From: Halocafeteria seosinensis
Lineage: Eukaryota
NCBI GenBank assembly: GCA_001687465.1
Contig: LVLI01000604.1
Location: 1-52,798 of the forward strand
Length of the DNA: 52,798 nt
Direction: 5' to 3'
The notes under the pieces: model-generated
Told to the model about the DNA's origin: nothing
The model's input: the letters and a program-made list of their open reading frames with translations, nothing else
Database searches by the model: none
Made by a program: the position numbers and the translations under genes
Shown: in pieces, positions 47,250 to 52,798 of the stretch
How the letters are laid out: every line of letters begins with the position of its first letter
Position numbering within the stretch: position 1 is the stretch's first letter

Positions 47250-47306
47250 GTTAAGAGGATGCGGTCAACTCCCCGGCCGGTGGGCTATCTGTCACATATG
47301 TGTGTG
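47250..47306 (+). repeat. Dispersed repeat copy C, downstream of the integrase/chromodomain relic
   Basis: gttaagaggatgcggtcaactccccggccggtgggctatctgtcacatatgtgtgtg, only ~3 mismatches to copy B. Confidence 0.85.
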
Positions 47307-47390
47307 CGGAAAAAGATGATGCCCATTGAGGATGCTACACTGGAAAACAACTTCCTGAGCTTCAGATTTAAAATGGAGAGACTGTGTTTC

Positions 47391-49809
47391 CTACATTTCC
47401 TCCTCGAATCTCTCTCGATTGTCAAATGCGACCTCCATAACATCGTTTAACCGACGTGATCGCTGATCGATGTGGGAATGTAGGGTATCCATTTCGTCAC
47501 GTATAGACTGACCTGTTGACGTTCCAGGAGCTGGCAATTGCTGTTGAACAGTCGACCCGCTGCCGATATCTCCATCGGTTTGATTCTTTTCAGCCATCTC
47601 TTTTGCTGTTCGGGCTACTCCACGTACTCGGTCAAGTTCTGCTTGCAATGACTCCAGTTCACTTCTGGACACTTGGCTATGTTTCACTGCATCAATTTCC
47701 TGTTCAAGCCTCCCTACTCTCTCATCTACGTGTGACGAATACACGCTGCTTTGTGAAATCGGGCTAGCTGTCACAGAAGCTTCTGTGCCAGATCCACTGG
47801 ACATTGAGCTCACAGCTTCACTTCGGTATCGCACACTAGCCTGGTTGATTGAATCCTGGTCGTACCCCAGTACGTCCAGCAACTGCTTTGCAGAAAAACC
47901 ATCTGCCCCAACATCACCTCGCATACATACTTTCACAATAGCCATTCCGCAAGCGCAAGCCCTTCTTCCTCATACACATTCACTGGTGATGTCGACATGA
48001 TGCTATCATGGATTCGTCGCCAAATATTTCGTGGTTCTTCGGTGAAATCAAGTGAATCAATGTGATCTTTAAGTCCCAAAGTAATATTCCGCGTCGCATG
48101 CTCGACTAGCTGCATAATTTCCGTGTGAGTCGGCGCGATTGATAACAAGTTACTCATCGCCTGAGTGATAATCAAGTTCACGTATGCTTCCATTACTGTA
48201 TGTAATGCGCCACTAATCTGGCTTGCAATAGGAACACTCTGAAGCAATGTATTCAACAAAGAGGTAACCATCGACTTCTTCTTGCTGGCTGTATCGATAG
48301 CAACATCACCCGAGCGCAAACTCATCGCTGCGATAAAGTAATCATATACAATCGAATTCAGACAGGCACAGAAAGACAGCAACTTGGAATCTGCTTGGAT
48401 ATACGCCAAGACCTTGTCTTCATCCTCTTTTTCCAAAGAGCGAGGAATTTCATGTCGGTAAACTGCCACCCCAGTGTTGGGCAAGATGCGAGTCCGAAGT
48501 TCTTCGACTTCCTCAACAGTCACTGTTACGGATTCTTGCTGCGAAGGACTAGCTTTCGACTCGGATGTTGCCGTTGTTGCCTTTTCGTCAGACTCCTCAT
48601 TGACTGGCTGGTTACCGTTCGGAGAATTATTTGCAGTACCAGCCGAGGTCGCATTCGTCGTCGCCTGGTTCTGCTGGTTACGTCCCTGTTGCTGCATATG
48701 CGGCGGCTGCTCGCGCTTGTCGGTACTGCGGCCTCCTTGCTGCGACGAAGTTCTAGTTTGCCCATTAGCATTACGGCCTTGTCCTTGTTCCCTTTCCTTC
48801 TTCCTGATCTCTTCAGCTTTTCGCTTGGCTTGTTGCAATTCATTCTGCATTTAACAAACCCAAGGAGATAAAGCGACAATAATTGGCTCAGTGCATAATA
48901 ACACAGGAAATGCACAACCAATGCACTAGAAACTTCAGACCAGCCAAGACACAAACACACGCAAATCGCAAAGAATTAGTTCACAGAAGCCTATCCACAC
49001 CCAATCAAATACCGGTATCAACTGTACGTCGTCGTCGCAGCGAACCCTTCCCTAACGCCCTCATTCATGAGTTCCGACAAAACACAATGGTTTGCTTGCT
49101 GGAGGAAATCGTCGTGATCTTACCTGCTTGACTAAATGGTAAATTGTGTTCGTCAGAGTTTGATCTTGGATTTGATTCCCTCCTAAATGAATCTCAGTCA
49201 ATTTTGTATTGACCCGCAAGGCATCCGCCAAATGTCGAGCTCCTCTATCACCGATTTCATTCGCAGTTAAATTAATCCCAGTCAATGTCGTCTTGTCCCG
49301 CAAGGCATCCGCCAAATGTTGAGCTCCTGTATCACCGATTTGATTCGCTCGTAAATAAATCTTAGTCAATGTCGTATTGTCCCGTAAGGCATCAGCCAAA
49401 TGTTGCGCCCCTGTAGCACCGATTTGATTCCTGTCTAAATGAATCGTAGTCAATGTCGTATTGTCCCGCAAGGCATCCACCAAATGTTGAGCTCCTGTAG
49501 CACCGATTTGATTCTCTTCTAAATTAATCTCAGTCAATGCTGTGTCGACTCGCAAGGCATCCGCCAAATGTCGAGCTCCTGTAGCACCGACTTGATTTCC
49601 TGTTAAATTAATCCACGTCAATGTCGTATTCTCTCCCTCCCGCAAGGCATCTGCTATGTCTTTTACATCTTTATCATCCAGGTTCTTTTGAAAAAGATCC
49701 AATCCTGTATCCGTATACTCTGAATCATTTCGTCGAATCCGCGCTAAATACTTGTCTGCACTCTTTCTTCCTCGTAGGCGTCCCTCTTGCTCGATGCTGC
49801 ATTACCCAT
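47391..49809 (-). pseudogene. RI-type LRR + Q/N-rich linker + helical domain + coiled coil; two frameshifts (pseudogene or assembly indels)
   Basis: MGNAAS start at 49809 hits TAG at 49744-49746, out of frame with the LRR. LRR N-cap RNDSEYTDTG matches QNDPQYTDTG of the 36 kb paralogue. Intron 48845-49123 joins LVKQ to NELQQAK. Second frameshift near 47945. Confidence 0.7.
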
Positions 49810-50029
49810 TCTTGCTGCTGGGTGGCTTTTGCCTCAATCAAGCAACCATCCACACGATACGTACATACATACATACGAGGCAGGCAGACTGCTTGAAGCG
49901 CCTACTTGTATCGTGTGAAGTGGCAGTCCTTCAACACTGCTTGTTGAAGACGAATCAGCCAGGCACATTGCGATCCGGAGACGAAATAAGAGGGCCATGG
50001 GGAATGCATCGCGACTTCGCTCATGTTTA

Positions 50030-50740
50030 CAGTATTGACGGTAACATTGCTGATGCCTCATGCTGTGCTGTTGGATGTGTACAGTACGATTCAATTTCGC
50101 TCGTCCCCCATTTCAATTGACCTCGCGGTTGGTATCTTTAGGTAAGAAATACCGTGCAGGGTAGGGTGACCTGGCTACCGTCATTGAACCCAGGCAGTAC
50201 GCCATAAGTACGGAGAACCCGCTCCTCGTGTATTTGAAATCGTCATATCGCTTCTTCTCAGTACAAACTGCTTCGGCGAGTGGTTCGAAGAAGCCCGCAC
50301 CAGCCACACACGAACTAGACGGAAGAGAGTTGGACTGAGTACAAACTTTTTCGGCGATTGACTCGAACAAGCCTGCAGTAGGTACTCACGGATGAGATGG
50401 AAGGGAGTCCCTAACCCTCTATCGGTATTTTTCCAGTACCCACGTCCAAAACTAAGATGTTACTCATTCTTATTAACTCTAGTTTGCGGATGTCGGTGTA
50501 TAAGCGAACTACAGTAGAGACTCTCAACGGTCTTCTTGCTGTTGGGGAAGAGTTGACATTCTCCTGATGCCAATGCTGTAAAAATGAAAGCACCGTTCTT
50601 TTTGGAGCGGTCATCATGCAAATAGAGCCGCGGATCGAAGTGCAGAGCTTCTCATACCACATAGATAATTTACCGTCCAGGGTCTCTAGCTCTCCACAGC
50701 CATCTTCATCATGACTACAAAAGCATGTCAGTGAGTACAT
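50030..50740 (-). CDS. Possible intron-containing hypothetical gene or fragment
   Basis: ORFs 50411-50740 and 50113-50370 can be joined by a gttagg...ctgcag intron (IEG/LFESIAEK). No family recognised. Confidence 0.3.
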
Positions 50741-50770
50741 GTATTTCCTGGTTGTACTGTGCCGGCTTTA

Positions 50771-52610
50771 CAGTCGTTCAAATAAGTAGGTAACATCGGG
50801 GTGTTACCTGGATTTTTGCACAAGTCATTTTGGGGACTGAGTCACTGAAACAAAAGGTACTGGGTCAAAAAATTCGGGGAAGACGAAGGGCAAAACGACG
50901 CCTGACGGGGGTCCCATCTTGCCCTTGATATGGGGGCTTGAATTTTGGAGGTGCGGAAAAAGATCGAAAACCCCGTTACCTGGATTTGTGCACAGTGGTT
51001 TTCGCCATTTACACACCAACCGCGTGCCCAATGCAAGCTTTGAAAACTGCTCCTTAATATACAACTGTTTGCGAGTGAATAGGTGTGAAAACTGTTTTTT
51101 ACGCTTTTTATTGAGGAAGATACTCGCCCTTAATGTTTTGCGACGCGCGGACGTTGAAGTTGGGTGCAGAGAATTCAAATGGGGAAACTGGATCATCAAA
51201 CTCCCGCTGGTAGGCGCTACAATGCCATAATCGTGCACACATGGAGTCGGAAAGGAACAGACAAATGCGGCAATCATATCCAAAGTGTTCTTGAGAAGAA
51301 GGAGGAAACCATAGCTGCGTATTCAAAGGGAAAATCGGCACGCAGGCTGGCGTGCGACTGGAGAAAACGGATGAGAAGTCAGCTAGACATCAATAATCTA
51401 CGTCAACAAGGGCAGGTGATAGAGTTCGAAGTAGCTAAATCAATTTACCATCAGATGTTCCACATGGATAGATGTCGAAAGAAAAGCTTATCCAAAAATA
51501 CTTCGTTGAAGCAGACTCATCGGTCTACGCCGAGTTAGCGTTGGCGCATACAGTAAAAGAGATGCGGCTCCTCGGGTTAAACGATAAAAGAGCACTTACC
51601 TACACCCCCGTTATCTCATCCGATGGGGCAATACTGGTATCACAGCTCATAGTGCCTGGTTTATCAGTTGGAGAGGAGGAGGAAGAAGCAATGTGGCAGG
51701 AGGCAGAGCATCTGAAGTACTGCTCGTGAATCACTCGGCAGGGAGAAAGCGATGGCAGCACCAGCGCACTTTCCGCAAGCTAATAGCATCTATCAACACG
51801 TATGTGAAATCCCGGATTGCAAACTCGCGCGTGGGGCTCACGGCGGCAGTTCTCGCAGTGGACTGCGCGGGCACACGTCAGCTGCCGCTCTTGAGGTGTT
51901 GCAGGAGTACCCGATGATCGTCCCACTGTTCGTTCCTCCAAGGATGACGTCAGTGCTGCAGCCTCTTGATAAGGCGTTTTTCGCTCCATTCAAGAAACTT
52001 TCGAAATCGTCCGTCTCCCGGTTCATACTGTCATGTGGCAACAAGCTCTGCTCTCTTCCTGCTCGGGACAGACCGCTGTATCTTGAGCAGTGCATGGCGA
52101 AGAAAACATAATGTAGCACCTTACTTTCGAATGGATTCCAAGCTGCCTCAAGCGTATGTCTCTCAAAGTTGTTCGTAGAGGTTGGAATTAAGTTTGTTGT
52201 GGAGTGTTCCCTGCACCACTCGCAGGTCGATTTGGACTCTTCATTCTGGGAATGCCATTTTCAGAAGGCAGGACAATGGCCGAACTTCCAGGAGACTGCC
52301 ATACTGAAAGATATACTTCACGGCGGTAGTCTGCCGCACTATGGGATACCTTATCTGAAGAACCTGCGTCATGAGAGGAAGCTGAAAGGACTGGCAGCAA
52401 GCACCAACTGGTCGACAGACTGCAGAAGTACCAGGCAGATGTAGAGGAACACGAGGAATTCGCAGTTGGTGTTGAAGTCGAAAACGAAGAGGACACGGAC
52501 GCATCTCAAGACGAAGTAGAGGACATCATTACTTACGAAGCTGAGGAGAAAGAGGCTTCTGAAAATGACGAGGAAGTCCCGCCGAGGCCGAGCTTGAAGA
52601 TGAGGCTCCT
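50771..52610 (+). mobile_element. Decayed pogo/Tigger-like (Tc1/mariner superfamily, DDE_1) DNA transposon; right end not found in window
   Basis: LTYTPVISSDG, VLAVDCAG and VPPRMTSVLQPLDKAFFAPFKK motifs across frameshifts; acidic tail. Candidate left end TA|CAGTCGTTCAAATAAGT at 50769-50787; 20-nt direct repeats at 50803 and 50975. Confidence 0.8.
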
Positions 52611-52798
52611 CCAGATATGGACGCATTATTCGAAATTGAGCCATTCGTTAGATACATCGAGGAATTAGATGCGATGGAAGTAAAATGGAAGGGCTATGGC
52701 AGCAGAAATAACACCAAAAAACCATGCACGAAACTCGTAATAGACCTCGGAAGAAGGCAGTTCGACTCTCTGAGCCGCCCGGTTATGGACCTCTATCA

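Noticed and set aside
37238..47306. Inverted repeat copies as TIRs of a 10 kb element
   Set aside because: The match is only ~18 nt and the interval holds core housekeeping genes.
50130..50470. VLDVGTG (SAM motif I) and AYCLG (lipase-box-like) motifs
   Set aside because: The two imply different folds and neither has supporting motifs.
1..52798. CRISPR arrays, rRNA or tRNA genes
   Set aside because: No regularly spaced repeat-spacer array, rRNA signature or tRNA cloverleaf seen by eye.

Overview
Gene-dense nuclear DNA of a unicellular eukaryote: short GT-AG spliceosomal introns and eukaryote-specific genes (SmG, RPS25, VPS29, FYVE protein, TXNDC17-type thioredoxin). The lineage cannot be fixed from the sequence. 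Confident genes are: TXNDC17-like thioredoxin, a FYVE protein, two tandem DOMON-cytochrome b561 paralogues (2 and 4 DOMON domains), a tail-anchored WD40 protein, a convergent pair of hybrid histidine kinases, two RI-type LRR paralogues (one frameshifted), SmG, RPS25, VPS29 and a Ser/Thr kinase. One kinase of the pair has a CHASE sensor and an intact catalytic module. The other has a periplasmic-binding-protein/EGF sensor and appears to lack its ATPase boxes. Accessory DNA includes a decayed integrase+chromodomain relic, a pogo-like transposase relic with a left end, a dispersed repeat ending in (GT)n, a 3-copy tandem repeat and gene fragments. The least explained feature is an intronless ~640-aa ORF (22608-24536) with a gag-like zinc knuckle and a PH-like C-terminus, flanked on both sides by ~1 kb of hairpin-dense non-coding DNA. 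All calls are from reading motifs by eye; no searches or folding were run.
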